Shown: positions 15,742 through 25,341 of the stretch, in pieces
How the letters are laid out: the number at the start of each line of letters is the position of its first letter
How positions within the stretch are numbered: the first letter of the stretch is position 1
DNA from: Methanothrix sp.
GTDB lineage: Archaea > Halobacteriota > Methanosarcinia > Methanotrichales > Methanotrichaceae
Length of the DNA: 25,995 nt
Direction: 5' to 3'
Assembly: GCA_037128175.1 (NCBI GenBank)
Contig: JBAXWY010000041.1
Span: 1 to 25,995 of the forward strand
Translations under genes and position numbers: made by a program
Notes under the pieces: model-generated
Told to the model about the DNA's origin: nothing
Database searches by the model: none
The model's input: only the letters and a program-made list of their open reading frames with translations

Positions 15742-17070
15742 TTATACCAAATCATACCTCACCAGCCCCCCCCATCCTTTTCCCCCAAAATTCGCATAGA
15801 TCCCCACATCCCCCTTCTTGGCAGTCACATTCCCTTCGAACAGATCCACCCCTCGCATCGCGAGATGCGTCCATTCCTCCCCGCACACCACAGCCACCTC
15901 TTGGGCACCCGGAACCCTGATCAGGAACAGGTAGCTCGACCCGGCCAACAGTTTGCCCTCCAATGGCCCGTAGAGATAGGCCCCGGCTTCGCGGAACTTT
16001 TCGAAAGCCATGGGAAAGCCGGCGCCCCCGCCGGAAGCAGCATTGATCCGGTATTCTAAAACGGAGTTGTAGTCGCCCGGCTCATCCTTCTGCTTGGCAT
16101 ACGCCTTCAAAATATAGCTTCCAGGCCCAGGAAACTGTGCATAAATATCATACCGCTCTTCGTCTCTCTGGCAAAATGTGCGGCCATCCAGCGTCCCCCC
16201 CGCCATCCGGTGGTCCGCATACTCCAGCTTTGCCATCATCAGCACATCCTCCGGAGCATAAATGGAGACATTGATCTGCTTATCCGCGCTTATCGTACCA
16301 TTTTTTTGGCCAAGCTTCAGGCCCAGGTTAAAAAATTCCGCTTTCAGAAAGACCCAATTCTCAAACTCCCGCTTGGAAACGGGCTTGTCAAGAAGCTGCC
16401 ACTGGGCGTCCTCCGGGAAGTGATCAAAGATGAACTGGTTGGGCGGCGTCATAAAAAGGTGATCATCGAAGCGGCGCACGTACTTGCCGTCCCCGCTCAC
16501 ATATCCCGCCCCCCAGGTAGAGTCCATCAAATACCAGGTCCCGTTTATCTTCACTGCATTCCAGGCATGATTGGCGGGACCGGAGACGTTCTTGCCCGGC
16601 TGGTAGCCGTATCCCTTTCCGTAGCCGCTGATCCTCACGGCCTCCAGCCCCGCTTCTTTGGCCAGGGAGAGGAAGAGATCGGAATAGCCGTAGCAGACCG
16701 ATTTTCGGCTCTTCAAAACATCCTCTGAATTAGTGGCCCCGCTGCCTCCCTTAAAAAGAACCTCCACATTGTAGTCGATGTTCTCGGTGATCCAACGGAA
16801 TATGGCTCTGGCCTTCTCGCGATCATTTTTTGCCGGCTCGATCAAGTAGGCAGCCAGGGCTTGTACCGAGCTTTCGGCTGAGGCGGGTACATTCAAAGCA
16901 TGACGGTCAATTTCCTCATAACTATAATTTAGAGTGGCGTTAAAATCATTGGGTGCAATTGCTGCTAATCCATTTTCAGCAGCCTTCTCCAGGGCTCCTG
17001 GCGCAACAGATATGGCCATCACAGCCAGCGTTTGTAGCATTAGAATGATTAAAATAGTTATTATTTTCAT
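15742..17070 (-). CDS. Secreted transglutaminase-like protein (kyphoscoliosis peptidase/Cyk3-like)
   Basis: Signal peptide; KARAIFRWITENIDY; Cys-His-Asp triad in VCYGYSDLF, NHAWNAV and MDSTWGAG; FIFDHFP...WQLL; beta-rich C-terminal domains. Confidence 0.85.
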   Translation of the reverse strand: MKIITILIILMLQTLAVMAISVAPGALEKAAENGLAAIAPNDFNATLNYSYEEIDRHALNVPASAESSVQALAAYLIEPAKNDREKARAIFRWITENIDYNVEVLFKGGSGATNSEDVLKSRKSVCYGYSDLFLSLAKEAGLEAVRISGYGKGYGYQPGKNVSGPANHAWNAVKINGTWYLMDSTWGAGYVSGDGKYVRRFDDHLFMTPPNQFIFDHFPEDAQWQLLDKPVSKREFENWVFLKAEFFNLGLKLGQKNGTISADKQINVSIYAPEDVLMMAKLEYADHRMAGGTLDGRTFCQRDEERYDIYAQFPGPGSYILKAYAKQKDEPGDYNSVLEYRINAASGGGAGFPMAFEKFREAGAYLYGPLEGKLLAGSSYLFLIRVPGAQEVAVVCGEEWTHLAMRGVDLFEGNVTAKKGDVGIYANFGGKGWGGLVRYDLV

Positions 17071-17107
17071 GAACACCACCAACGTCAGAATCAAACCTTA
17101 TTTATAT

Positions 17108-17190
17108 TTTTCCATTTTTTTGTTAGTAGCTCTGTGCGTTCTCTGTGAACTCTGTGCCTCTGTGGTGGAAACGTCATTAGACGCTGGTTA
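17108..17190 (-). repeat. CACAGAG-periodic element, close copy of 9326-9400
   Basis: Minus strand reads TAACCAGCGTCTAATGACGTTTCCACCACAGAGGCACAGAGTTCACAGAGAACGCACAGAGCTACTAACAA..TGGAAAA. Confidence 0.85.
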
Positions 17191-17226
17191 AGATGACTTG
17201 ATTTATTCCATTACCTTTATTTTATC

Positions 17227-17970
17227 TTACAGCACGATTTCCATCATGTCATGGCCCAGCGGCCATTTCTTGAGAGCCATTTCGTGGGGCGGATAAAGGT
17301 GGCTCAGGTGCGTGAGCAGCAGCCGTTTCGCGCCCAAACTCTCTCCCAGGGCCATGGCCTCGTCTGCCGTCATGTGCTTACTGATGGTGTAGCCCGGCGG
17401 AGTAATGGCATCCGCCAGCATCAGATCGGCATCCTTCATCAGCTCCAGGCTTTGTGCCGGAAGCTCCATCTTGGTGTCGCTGGTGATCACCACCACTTTA
17501 TTGCCGTCGTCAATTCGTACCCCAACTGTCTCCGTGGGCGGATGGTTGACTGGAAAGAGGGTGAACTGCATTCCTGCAATATCAAAGGGCCGATAGGCTA
17601 GGACGTCATGGCGCACGGGATTTAGGAAATAAAGATAGTTTAGGATATAGTCCATGGTGTCCTTCAAAGCATAGACATCCACATGGCTTTGCACCCGGTG
17701 AAAATCCCCAAAGCCGGCATAATGATCGTAATGGGCGTGCGTCCAAATCACGCCGTCCACACTGGATATATCCTTCTTCAAAAGCTGCCAGCGCAAATCA
17801 GGGCTGCTGTCCACCAAAACCCGGCCTTCATCTTCATCCGACTCGATAAGGATGGAAAACCTCATCCTGCGGCTGCGTCCTCCTCGCAAGGCATCCATGC
17901 AGGCCGGACACTTGCAGCCGATCTTGGGTGTGCCGATGGCGTCACCCGTGCCCAGGAGCGTGACCTTCAT
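17227..17970 (-). CDS. MBL-fold metallo-hydrolase (PhnP-like)
   Basis: LLGTGDAIGTPKIGCKCPAC, THAHYDH (HxHxDH), VNH, TSDT and LTHLSH. Confidence 0.9.
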   Translation of the reverse strand: MKVTLLGTGDAIGTPKIGCKCPACMDALRGGRSRRMRFSILIESDEDEGRVLVDSSPDLRWQLLKKDISSVDGVIWTHAHYDHYAGFGDFHRVQSHVDVYALKDTMDYILNYLYFLNPVRHDVLAYRPFDIAGMQFTLFPVNHPPTETVGVRIDDGNKVVVITSDTKMELPAQSLELMKDADLMLADAITPPGYTISKHMTADEAMALGESLGAKRLLLTHLSHLYPPHEMALKKWPLGHDMMEIVL

Positions 17971-18000
17971 GCCGTCCTCATGCCGTCCGCATTTCGTACT

Positions 18001-19293
18001 TCATGCCGTAACGCTCCGCTTGTAATCAGATATCCTGCGCCGGAACTCATCTACAGAAATATCCAGATCTTCCTGGGTTAGATGTTTGCGATCCTCCAGG
18101 AGTGCATTGAGCACGGCTTCCCTGATCACCAACCGCAGGTCCGAGCCCGAGTAGCCCTCCGTCGCGCCTGCTAACGCGGCCGTATCTACGTCGGCATCAA
18201 TGCGAGACAATACCTTGTCCAGGATCATGCGCCTCATATCCTGGTCCGGCAGTGGGAAGCTCAATACCTTGTCAAACCTCCTCCAGGCAGCATAATCCAG
18301 TAGCTGAGGGTGATTGGTGGCCGCCAGGAGCAGAACGCCGTGCTCCACCAGGCTGATCTCATCTATGGCTTTTAGGAGCGAGTTGACGGCCCTCTTCATG
18401 GCTCCATGCTCATCCGAGGTCCTGGTCTTGGCCACGAAGTCGAACTCATCAATAAGCAGTATGCAGGGGGACAGCCTCTTGGCCAGCTCAAAGACCTTGT
18501 CGATGTTCTTAGAGGTCTCTCCCAAATACTGGCTGGTGATCATGGAGAGGCGAACCTCTACAATGGGAAGGGAAAACCAGCTGGAAAGAGCCCGGGCGGT
18601 AGAGGTCTTGCCTGTACCCGGCGGGCCGACAAAAAGAAGCTTGCCTATTTCATAAAGTCCGATCTCTCGCAGGTATTGCCGGTTTTTCAGAGCCTTGCCC
18701 ATCTTTTCTATCTCAGACTTCTGATCCTCAGTTAAAATCAGGCCGGCAATGTTGTCCCTCACATCCTCGGGGGCCTTGATGTAGGCCAGCTTGAGAAGAT
18801 CTTCCGCCTCCTTGGAATCCTTACAAAGTTCCTTTATCTTGGCATCGATCCACTCCCGGTCGGCAGAGAGAGGCTTATTGGCTTTTCTGGCCTGTGCATA
18901 GCTCACATCCAGAGAATCATAGTTCTCATAGAGGTAGGCCAATGTGGGATTCGATTTGATCCTGGCCAGGTCCTTTTGATTGGCGAACCACTTGGCCGCC
19001 ACATCGAATACAGTCAGCCGGAGCTGGGAGCCAAATTCCTCAAAAGCCACAAACGTAAGATCTTTTACGACCGCTTTGACATTCTCAATGCCATAAATCT
19101 TCTGTGCATCGGCGCTGGTTACATAAATCGGCCTTTTGACACTCTTGGTCTGCACATCGAAGTAATGCTTGCGAATGTTGGGGGGCAGGTCGTCTTCAGT
19201 CAAATTTTCTGTGCGGTTATAAATATCAGCAGTTAGCAGCAGCTCTGCAACATCAATAGCACCAAACTTCTCCAAGCCATTTTCTACGCCCAT
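18001..19293 (-). CDS. AAA+ ATPase with an uncharacterised N-terminal domain
   Basis: Walker A GPPGTGKT, pore loop SQYLGET, Walker B LLIDEFD, SRH ATNHPQLLDYAAWRRFD, and GYSGSDL. Confidence 0.92.
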   Translation of the reverse strand: MGVENGLEKFGAIDVAELLLTADIYNRTENLTEDDLPPNIRKHYFDVQTKSVKRPIYVTSADAQKIYGIENVKAVVKDLTFVAFEEFGSQLRLTVFDVAAKWFANQKDLARIKSNPTLAYLYENYDSLDVSYAQARKANKPLSADREWIDAKIKELCKDSKEAEDLLKLAYIKAPEDVRDNIAGLILTEDQKSEIEKMGKALKNRQYLREIGLYEIGKLLFVGPPGTGKTSTARALSSWFSLPIVEVRLSMITSQYLGETSKNIDKVFELAKRLSPCILLIDEFDFVAKTRTSDEHGAMKRAVNSLLKAIDEISLVEHGVLLLAATNHPQLLDYAAWRRFDKVLSFPLPDQDMRRMILDKVLSRIDADVDTAALAGATEGYSGSDLRLVIREAVLNALLEDRKHLTQEDLDISVDEFRRRISDYKRSVTA

Positions 19294-19374
19294 CTTTAAA
19301 GCTCCATGGAACTGAACTAAACTAGTGGCCTATAAAAAGAGATAAAGCTTTCCATTCGTCAAGTCTGCAATTCG

Positions 19375-20439
19375 TCAAGCTTCCCGGTTATTTATGGCCG
19401 CCCGGTAGGCCGCCAGGAGAAAACCATAGAGTGTGGGGCCGACAATCACGCCGATGATCCCAACCACGAATATGGGGGCGGTGTACGCGAGCAGTGTGAC
19501 TATGGGGTGTATCCTGGCGCTCTTCATGGCCAGATGGGGGCGGATTACATTCTCAGGTATCACCATGAGCGCCACTGTTCCGAATACCATGATTATCAGG
19601 AAACGGATCATGTCCCCCATGAACAGATAATAGAGAGCCATGGGAATGAATACGAAAGGCGGCCCGAGCATGGGTATGAGGGTAAAGATGCCCACAATTG
19701 CCCCCATCAAATAGGGATAGGGCACGCCCAGCATGGAAAAGCCAATAGCCGCCAAAACGCCGCTTAACATAGATGTGGTGAAATAGACGGTGAAAAGGGT
19801 GTTATAGATGCTGTTTAGCTCGTGCAAAAAATCTACTACAATTCCTCGCTTCTGCTTGGGAATCAGGTCCACAGCCTTGGCCATGAACTCTTTGCCGTCT
19901 ATGAGAATGTAGTACGTGAAGAATACCACTACGATCAACTGGGCAAAGAGTACAGGCAAATTGGAGGCAAATGAGGTTAGCTCTCTTTGTGCAATGGGAA
20001 AGAGCCAGGTGGCTATGGTTATGGGAATGTCGCTTATCTCCTGTACGTTTTTAAGTATAATGACATTTACGTAATTATAAACCCAGCCGGGAAGAACGCT
20101 CATGGCCCATTTGTCGATCTGCTGGGTTAGGGCAGTGAACTGGATGCCAGATAAGGCTCCCGATTTTTCCAGATTGGATATCTCCACCAGGAGCACAGTG
20201 GTGATGCCAAGCAATATGGCCAGAATAAAGACGAACACAATCAAAATGGAGAAGAATGAGGAGATCTGCCTTTGCCGTGTCAGACGAAAGAAGGCGGCAT
20301 AAAGTGGCTTGAGGAGAAATACCATGACTATGCTCAGCAAAATAGTGGTTAGGAAATCCTTGGTCAGGTACACGGTGGCGAGAAAGACCAGAAAGACCAG
20401 GGCTCCTGCTGCCATGTCAAAGCGACGGCTGAAATCCAT
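19375..20439 (-). CDS. AI-2E family transporter
   Basis: Multiple TM helices; FLLKPLY, YYILIDG, LIPMLGP, ENVIRPHL, IHPIVTLL and GIIGVIVGP. Confidence 0.88.
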   Translation of the reverse strand: MDFSRRFDMAAGALVFLVFLATVYLTKDFLTTILLSIVMVFLLKPLYAAFFRLTRQRQISSFFSILIVFVFILAILLGITTVLLVEISNLEKSGALSGIQFTALTQQIDKWAMSVLPGWVYNYVNVIILKNVQEISDIPITIATWLFPIAQRELTSFASNLPVLFAQLIVVVFFTYYILIDGKEFMAKAVDLIPKQKRGIVVDFLHELNSIYNTLFTVYFTTSMLSGVLAAIGFSMLGVPYPYLMGAIVGIFTLIPMLGPPFVFIPMALYYLFMGDMIRFLIIMVFGTVALMVIPENVIRPHLAMKSARIHPIVTLLAYTAPIFVVGIIGVIVGPTLYGFLLAAYRAAINNREA

Positions 20440-20503
20440 GGGTATGACTATCTCCTCTTAACAGTAAAACTTTTCTGTTTTATTCCGATCGTTCCCAATT
20501 CAC

Positions 20504-21259
20504 CTATTCCGGATTCAGTTTGCCGTCGATTCCCACCACAAAGCTCTTTTGCGGCACATCCTTTCCTGATCGCATCACAGCCTCCGCTACCAGGGTCTCA
20601 AGCTGAGAACAGCAGGGGACGGTCATGTGCAGTACAGTAATGTCCCGGATCTCGTTGGCCTTGAGAATCTCGATGAGTTTGTCCACAAAGGATGCAGTAT
20701 CATCCAGCTTGGGGCAGCCCACCAGGGCGACTCTGCCTTTGATGAAATCTTTCTGAATGGCGGGATAGGCAAAGGCGGTGCAGTCCCCGGCCACCAGCAG
20801 GCGAGCGCCCTGCAGGTATGGAGCCCAGGGGCGAACCAGTCTCATCTGAATAGGCCATCCGGAAAGCTCATTTGCGCTGTCTTGTCCTTCATGTGAGAAA
20901 TCTGCCTTTGCCCTTTGATCCGGCTTCAGTGTAATTGGCATGGTGCAGGGCGTGACCTTAGTAGCGGTGACATCCGCTCCGCAAGCATGTTGCTTAAGCT
21001 TATGTTCATGCTCATGCCCGGTGACCAAGCTCTTATGCTCTTTGGCCGCCTTCTCGTCAAATTCTTCAACCTCGCGCTCCTCGATGGTCAGAGCACCCTG
21101 ACGGCAGACAGCCAAACAGGCGCCCAGGCCATCGCAGAAGCTGTCGCTCACCACGCGAGCTTTTCCGTCCACAAGCTCGATGGCGCCTTCAGCACAGGAG
21201 GTGATGCACTCGCCGCAGCCGTTGCAGAGCGACTGGTCGATCTTGATTATCTTTCTCAT
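20504..21259 (-). CDS. 4Fe-4S dicluster protein with Cys-containing C-terminal domain
   Basis: CNGCGECITSC and CDGLGACLAVC; His-rich linker; WPIQMRLV, AGDCTAF, GCPKLDD and VPCC. Confidence 0.88.
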   Translation of the reverse strand: MRKIIKIDQSLCNGCGECITSCAEGAIELVDGKARVVSDSFCDGLGACLAVCRQGALTIEEREVEEFDEKAAKEHKSLVTGHEHEHKLKQHACGADVTATKVTPCTMPITLKPDQRAKADFSHEGQDSANELSGWPIQMRLVRPWAPYLQGARLLVAGDCTAFAYPAIQKDFIKGRVALVGCPKLDDTASFVDKLIEILKANEIRDITVLHMTVPCCSQLETLVAEAVMRSGKDVPQKSFVVGIDGKLNPE

Positions 21260-21329
21260 TACGGCTTATTAGCGCTCTCAAGCCATAAAAGACAATAGCA
21301 CGATAATTAAAAAAAAATTAGGTGCAAAA

Positions 21330-21803
21330 TTATGGCGCATCAAGCCAGGACCGGGCATATACCAGCCAGCTATCTCTGCCGCATCTTCCCTCCGTCAGAG
21401 ATAACAGATCGCAGGTGCTTCCATCTGAAAACGCGCACATTGTAATATCGCCATAGGGCGTATGAACGCTCCTAAGAATGCCTCCACTGCTCCTGCAGAT
21501 CGTTTCCGCTGATGGGGTCCACGTGCTCCCGGGCTCGGATACATACCCCGGCAAAATATTTGGTTTTAGGCTCCGGCTGCAAGTCCCTCGGAAAAATGCC
21601 TGGGAGTCGCACCAGCTCTTATCCGGGAAGGTGCACATTCCCTGATCACCATTAATTCCGGGTGATGTGCTGTAAAGATAGCCTGACTTCACACAGTAGG
21701 AACGTGCCTGGTCGGCAGAATCTTGTGCCGCTGCCGCCAGCATGCCTGAGGACAGAAATGCCAGGATACAGATGCCTGACAGAATATTCTTGACAAATTT
21801 CAT
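21330..21803 (-). CDS. Secreted protein with two DUF333-like Cys repeats
   Basis: Signal peptide; YCVKSG..GMCTFPDKSWCD..FFRGTC and ICRSSGG..MCAFSDGSTCD..EGRC. Confidence 0.75.
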   Translation of the reverse strand: MKFVKNILSGICILAFLSSGMLAAAAQDSADQARSYCVKSGYLYSTSPGINGDQGMCTFPDKSWCDSQAFFRGTCSRSLKPNILPGYVSEPGSTWTPSAETICRSSGGILRSVHTPYGDITMCAFSDGSTCDLLSLTEGRCGRDSWLVYARSWLDAP

Positions 21804-21819
21804 TTCTTCATCCCTCCGA

Positions 21820-22710
21820 TTATGGCACCACCAGGCCGAAAATTGCCCATCTCCAGTCAGTTCCCTTCATGCGAGGCAATTGATTTTGGCTTTCCTTAGG
21901 AAGCACTATTTGTACGCTCTCGCCAAAATTACTGTAATCTGTCTGTTCATGCAAAGTCGACTGTATGGTAAAGTTTTGCTCTTCTATCTTGAGGATCGAG
22001 GGCGTAAGGGTCAGGCTTGAATCAATTTCAATTCTCCTTAACAGAGAGGTCTGTTTGGAAATCCAGGCTGTGACTGAGACATTGCTGTTGCCCTGAATTG
22101 AGGTGTTGTCGAAGTCAAAGTTCCTGTTGTCGAATTCGTCAGGCAGTGGGAAGGGCGAAGAGAGGTATGATGCAAAGATCTGCGTACCCAAAATGGTCTC
22201 TTTGATCAATGGGATCGGCTCTCCGGCAAGCTTGTAGCAGTCCTCACCGTCAATCGTCTGTGTGCCTGTGATCAACAGGTTGCTGTAGGTTAAAAGCTGT
22301 GCCTGGCCGGGAAGCTCGTTATAGTCCGCCATGACGCCGTCCGGATTTGTGATGTTAAATTGGGTCCAGTTCTCTCCTTCTTTCCAGAACTCCGTACCGT
22401 TCAGGAAGTATCCTTGCCAGGTGAGGACTTGACCATTTCCAATATCCGTAAGCTGATGGCTCCACCAGCCGGACTGTGCCGTCAGGTTCACTTTTCCTTT
22501 GGTGGCCTTGATGGCAGCGAATTTGTCTTGTAGCGATTCATTGCTGTAGATGATAGTGCTTTCTGCAGAGCGGGAATAAGTATAGCTGGTGAGATTGTCT
22601 GCGGACGCGGTCATCATCTGCTTGAGCTGATCGACGCTGATATCCTCTGCAAAGACAACGGGGAGACATAGCAGGGAAATAAAAGCGATGATCGTGAGAA
22701 TAATTTTCAT
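21820..22710 (-). CDS. Secreted hypothetical protein (possibly LolA/LppX-like fold)
   Basis: Signal peptide; TIDGEDCYKL, WISKQTSLL and YSNFGESVQIVLP pattern; GGAGG RBS upstream. Confidence 0.7.
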   Translation of the reverse strand: MKIILTIIAFISLLCLPVVFAEDISVDQLKQMMTASADNLTSYTYSRSAESTIIYSNESLQDKFAAIKATKGKVNLTAQSGWWSHQLTDIGNGQVLTWQGYFLNGTEFWKEGENWTQFNITNPDGVMADYNELPGQAQLLTYSNLLITGTQTIDGEDCYKLAGEPIPLIKETILGTQIFASYLSSPFPLPDEFDNRNFDFDNTSIQGNSNVSVTAWISKQTSLLRRIEIDSSLTLTPSILKIEEQNFTIQSTLHEQTDYSNFGESVQIVLPKESQNQLPRMKGTDWRWAIFGLVVP

Positions 22711-22872
22711 GCAAAACCTCCAGAGGTAGATGGGTTCAACTTAGCTATAAATATTTGTTTGTTTCCGGTTTACAGTGGACGAAACAAAATTATTCATTTA
22801 AAAAAATTTAATAATTTTGCGACATACATACCTGGAAGGACTTCTTCATTCCCACGTTTTCGGCCCTTCCCT

Positions 22873-23289
22873 TCACGGGTTCTTTCTTCTTCCCAGCACC
22901 ATCTGCCTGGTAGCCCTCTGTGACTCGATATTGCGCCTGCATTCCGGACAGATCCGGATCCATTCCAGGCCATCCGAGTCCTTTTGCATGTTGGCAGGCA
23001 GAACTGACTCGATCCTCCTCAGCATGGGCTCTGTGGCATAGCGCGATTGGCAGATCTTACAGGCCACCAGCTCAAAGGAAACATCCGGCTCCGGCACGCT
23101 CTTGTCGTATGGCACCAGCGCCAGCGCATGGCCCGGACAAAATTCCACGCAGAGATCGCACTCCTCTTTGCACCTCTTCCAGTGCAGGCTTCGCATCTCT
23201 CCGGTATCGGTACGGACGATTTTTTGACTGGGACAGACATTGGAGCAGGATTTGCAGCCCAGACATAGATCTGCATCAACTTTTATCAT
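22873..23289 (-). CDS. 4Fe-4S dicluster protein
   Basis: CLGCKSCSNVCP and CKEECDLCVEFCP, plus CKIC/CPEC. ATGA overlap with the upstream gene. Confidence 0.88.
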   Translation of the reverse strand: MIKVDADLCLGCKSCSNVCPSQKIVRTDTGEMRSLHWKRCKEECDLCVEFCPGHALALVPYDKSVPEPDVSFELVACKICQSRYATEPMLRRIESVLPANMQKDSDGLEWIRICPECRRNIESQRATRQMVLGRRKNP

Positions 23290-23726
23290 CTTCCGCCTCC
23301 GCTAGCGGCTGCGCGCGCCGCTCGGGAGCGCGCCCGGCGAGATGCCTGCTGGAAATCTGTGGATAGAGCATTGGCCGGACAGGTGATAACGCATGCAGGT
23401 GCGTTGCGGCCCTCGCACAGATCGCACTTGTGGGCGATCTTGTCCGTCCAGACCACTCCGAAGGGACAGGCCAGCCGGCATAGATCGCATCCGGTACACT
23501 TTTTTGCATCAAAGACTGTGCGCATCTCCTCATCCTTACGTAGCGCCCCGCTAAAGCAGGCCATGGCGCAACCGGCCTCCTCACATTGATGGCAGAATAT
23601 GGGGACCGAGGCCTGATCTCCCACAAAATGCACATTGATGTGTCCGATGCCTGCGTGCACGCGCTGGCAGGCCACCTCGCAGGAGCGGCAGCCGATGCAT
23701 CTAGAAATGTCAATGTAAACAGGCAT
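23286..23726 (-). CDS. 4x[4Fe-4S] electron-transfer subunit (HycB/HydN-like)
   Basis: CIGCRSCEVAC, CHQCEEAGCAMAC, CTGCDLCRLACP and KCDLC..PACVITCP. Confidence 0.9.
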   Translation of the reverse strand: MPVYIDISRCIGCRSCEVACQRVHAGIGHINVHFVGDQASVPIFCHQCEEAGCAMACFSGALRKDEEMRTVFDAKKCTGCDLCRLACPFGVVWTDKIAHKCDLCEGRNAPACVITCPANALSTDFQQASRRARSRAARAAASGGGR

Positions 23727-23797
23727 TTAATCCCTCCGGTAAATCCGGCATGTATTTAGTTTCATTCACACAAGCCTTCATTCCTGCCTTCCCTTCC

Positions 23798-24661
23798 TCA
23801 TTCCTGCTCTGTTTCCGTCATGCGACACCTGTGCACCTCTTCAACGCCATGCGCCTGCAAGGCTTCTTTCTCCTCCGCCTGGAAGGCAGAGAGGCGTAGC
23901 ATTAGTAATTCGTAGTTCACCTGGTGCCCGTCAAACTCCGGCCCGTCCACGCAGGCCAGCTTCGTCTCTCCACCAACCTCGACTCTGCAACTGCCGCACA
24001 TGCCCGTGCCGTCAATCATGATAGGGTTGAGGCTGACGATGGTCTTAATCTGACGAAGACGGGTGATATCGCTGACCAGTTTCATCATGGGTACGGGCCC
24101 GATAGCCACTACCAATCCAGGGGTCTCTCTTTGCAGGGCCTCCTCTAGAAGCTGTGTCACCAGTGCTTTCTGCCCCAATGAACCGTCATCCGTGCAGATC
24201 AAGAGCACATCGGAGACGGCGGCCATCTCCTCTTGAAGGATGACAAGCTCCTTTGTGCGTGCCCCCATGATGCTCACCACCCGGTTTCCCAGGCTCTTCA
24301 GCTTCTTGGCGATGGGATAGAGTACCGCCAGGCCCGTCCCCCCGCCTACACAAATGGCTGTCCCCACTTTCCCGACTTCCGTAGGCCTGCCCAGGGGTCC
24401 GGCCACATTCAGATAATAGTCGCCCTCCTGCAGGGTCTTGAAGAGTGCCGTGGACCGGCCTACCTTGTGGAAGATGATGGTAATGGTCCCTTTCTTCGCA
24501 TTTATGTCGGCCATGGTCATGGGGATACGCTCTCCACTCTCATTGGCCCTGAGAATCACGAACTGCCCCGGCTGGGCAATTCGGGCGATCTTGGGCGCCT
24601 CAATCTCATTGAGAATGATATCTCCGCCAGCCATCTCCCTGCGCACCACTATCCTGTACAT
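23798..24661 (-). CDS. NfnA/SudB-like FAD/NAD-binding 2Fe-2S subunit
   Basis: AQPGQFVIL, GERIPMT, GPLGRP, VGGGTG, TDDGS, AIGPVPMMK, SLNPIMIDGTGMCGSCRV and ACVDGPEFDGH. Confidence 0.92.
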   Translation of the reverse strand: MYRIVVRREMAGGDIILNEIEAPKIARIAQPGQFVILRANESGERIPMTMADINAKKGTITIIFHKVGRSTALFKTLQEGDYYLNVAGPLGRPTEVGKVGTAICVGGGTGLAVLYPIAKKLKSLGNRVVSIMGARTKELVILQEEMAAVSDVLLICTDDGSLGQKALVTQLLEEALQRETPGLVVAIGPVPMMKLVSDITRLRQIKTIVSLNPIMIDGTGMCGSCRVEVGGETKLACVDGPEFDGHQVNYELLMLRLSAFQAEEKEALQAHGVEEVHRCRMTETEQE

Positions 24662-24820
24662 GCGAGCCTCAGCGAAGGGTATTTTGTTTTATATAAAAAT
24701 TTCATTGGCGATTAACTTCCCTGCTTAATATTATTATCATTTAAAATAAAATATCGTATTTTATATGATCTTCCGCCTTCCGCCGTCAGCCTTACAGCTC
24801 GTAGACCAGAGGTTTTCTTA

Positions 24821-25087
24821 TCATCCTTCGTTCTCATCTTCCGCGGTGTGTGCGTTAGGCAAGAAATCTTGTTCTTTGTCGTTTCCTCTTATATTCTCCA
24901 CATCGTATCCGGTTTCTTTCGAAACTTTTGATTCCAGAACCCACATAATTTGCTCTGGCTCATACGTGTCTCCTGTGGAATAACACCTTACCATTGGAGC
25001 GCCGATAAATTCTACCCGTAAATTGCACAGCGGGCAAATCGCTACTACAACTTCTCCTTTTTCATTCTTCTTTTTGGTATTAAACAT
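24821..25087 (-). CDS. Small hypothetical protein (CxxC, acidic tail)
   Basis: 88-aa ORF with a GGAGA RBS and AICPLC. Confidence 0.55.
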   Translation of the reverse strand: MFNTKKKNEKGEVVVAICPLCNLRVEFIGAPMVRCYSTGDTYEPEQIMWVLESKVSKETGYDVENIRGNDKEQDFLPNAHTAEDENEG

Positions 25088-25341
25088 GGGTTTTCATCTC
25101 CTTATCTTCTCTACCCCTGTACCCCAAACGAGATAAACATTCGGTCTGGCTACTCAAAGTTCAGTATTGGCTCAAACGGGTTCTAAAATGTTTCTCGCCT
25201 CATGTCTCGCGTTTTTCATTTTGCTTTTATGAATCCCTCCGCGATTCTTTTCGTCAAGACCCAAAAGTCACTCGTGGCAAAACTCCCAAAGCATAGATAG
25301 ATAAGCAAAAAGAAGGATACCGCAAAGGAAGGTTTTAGGCC

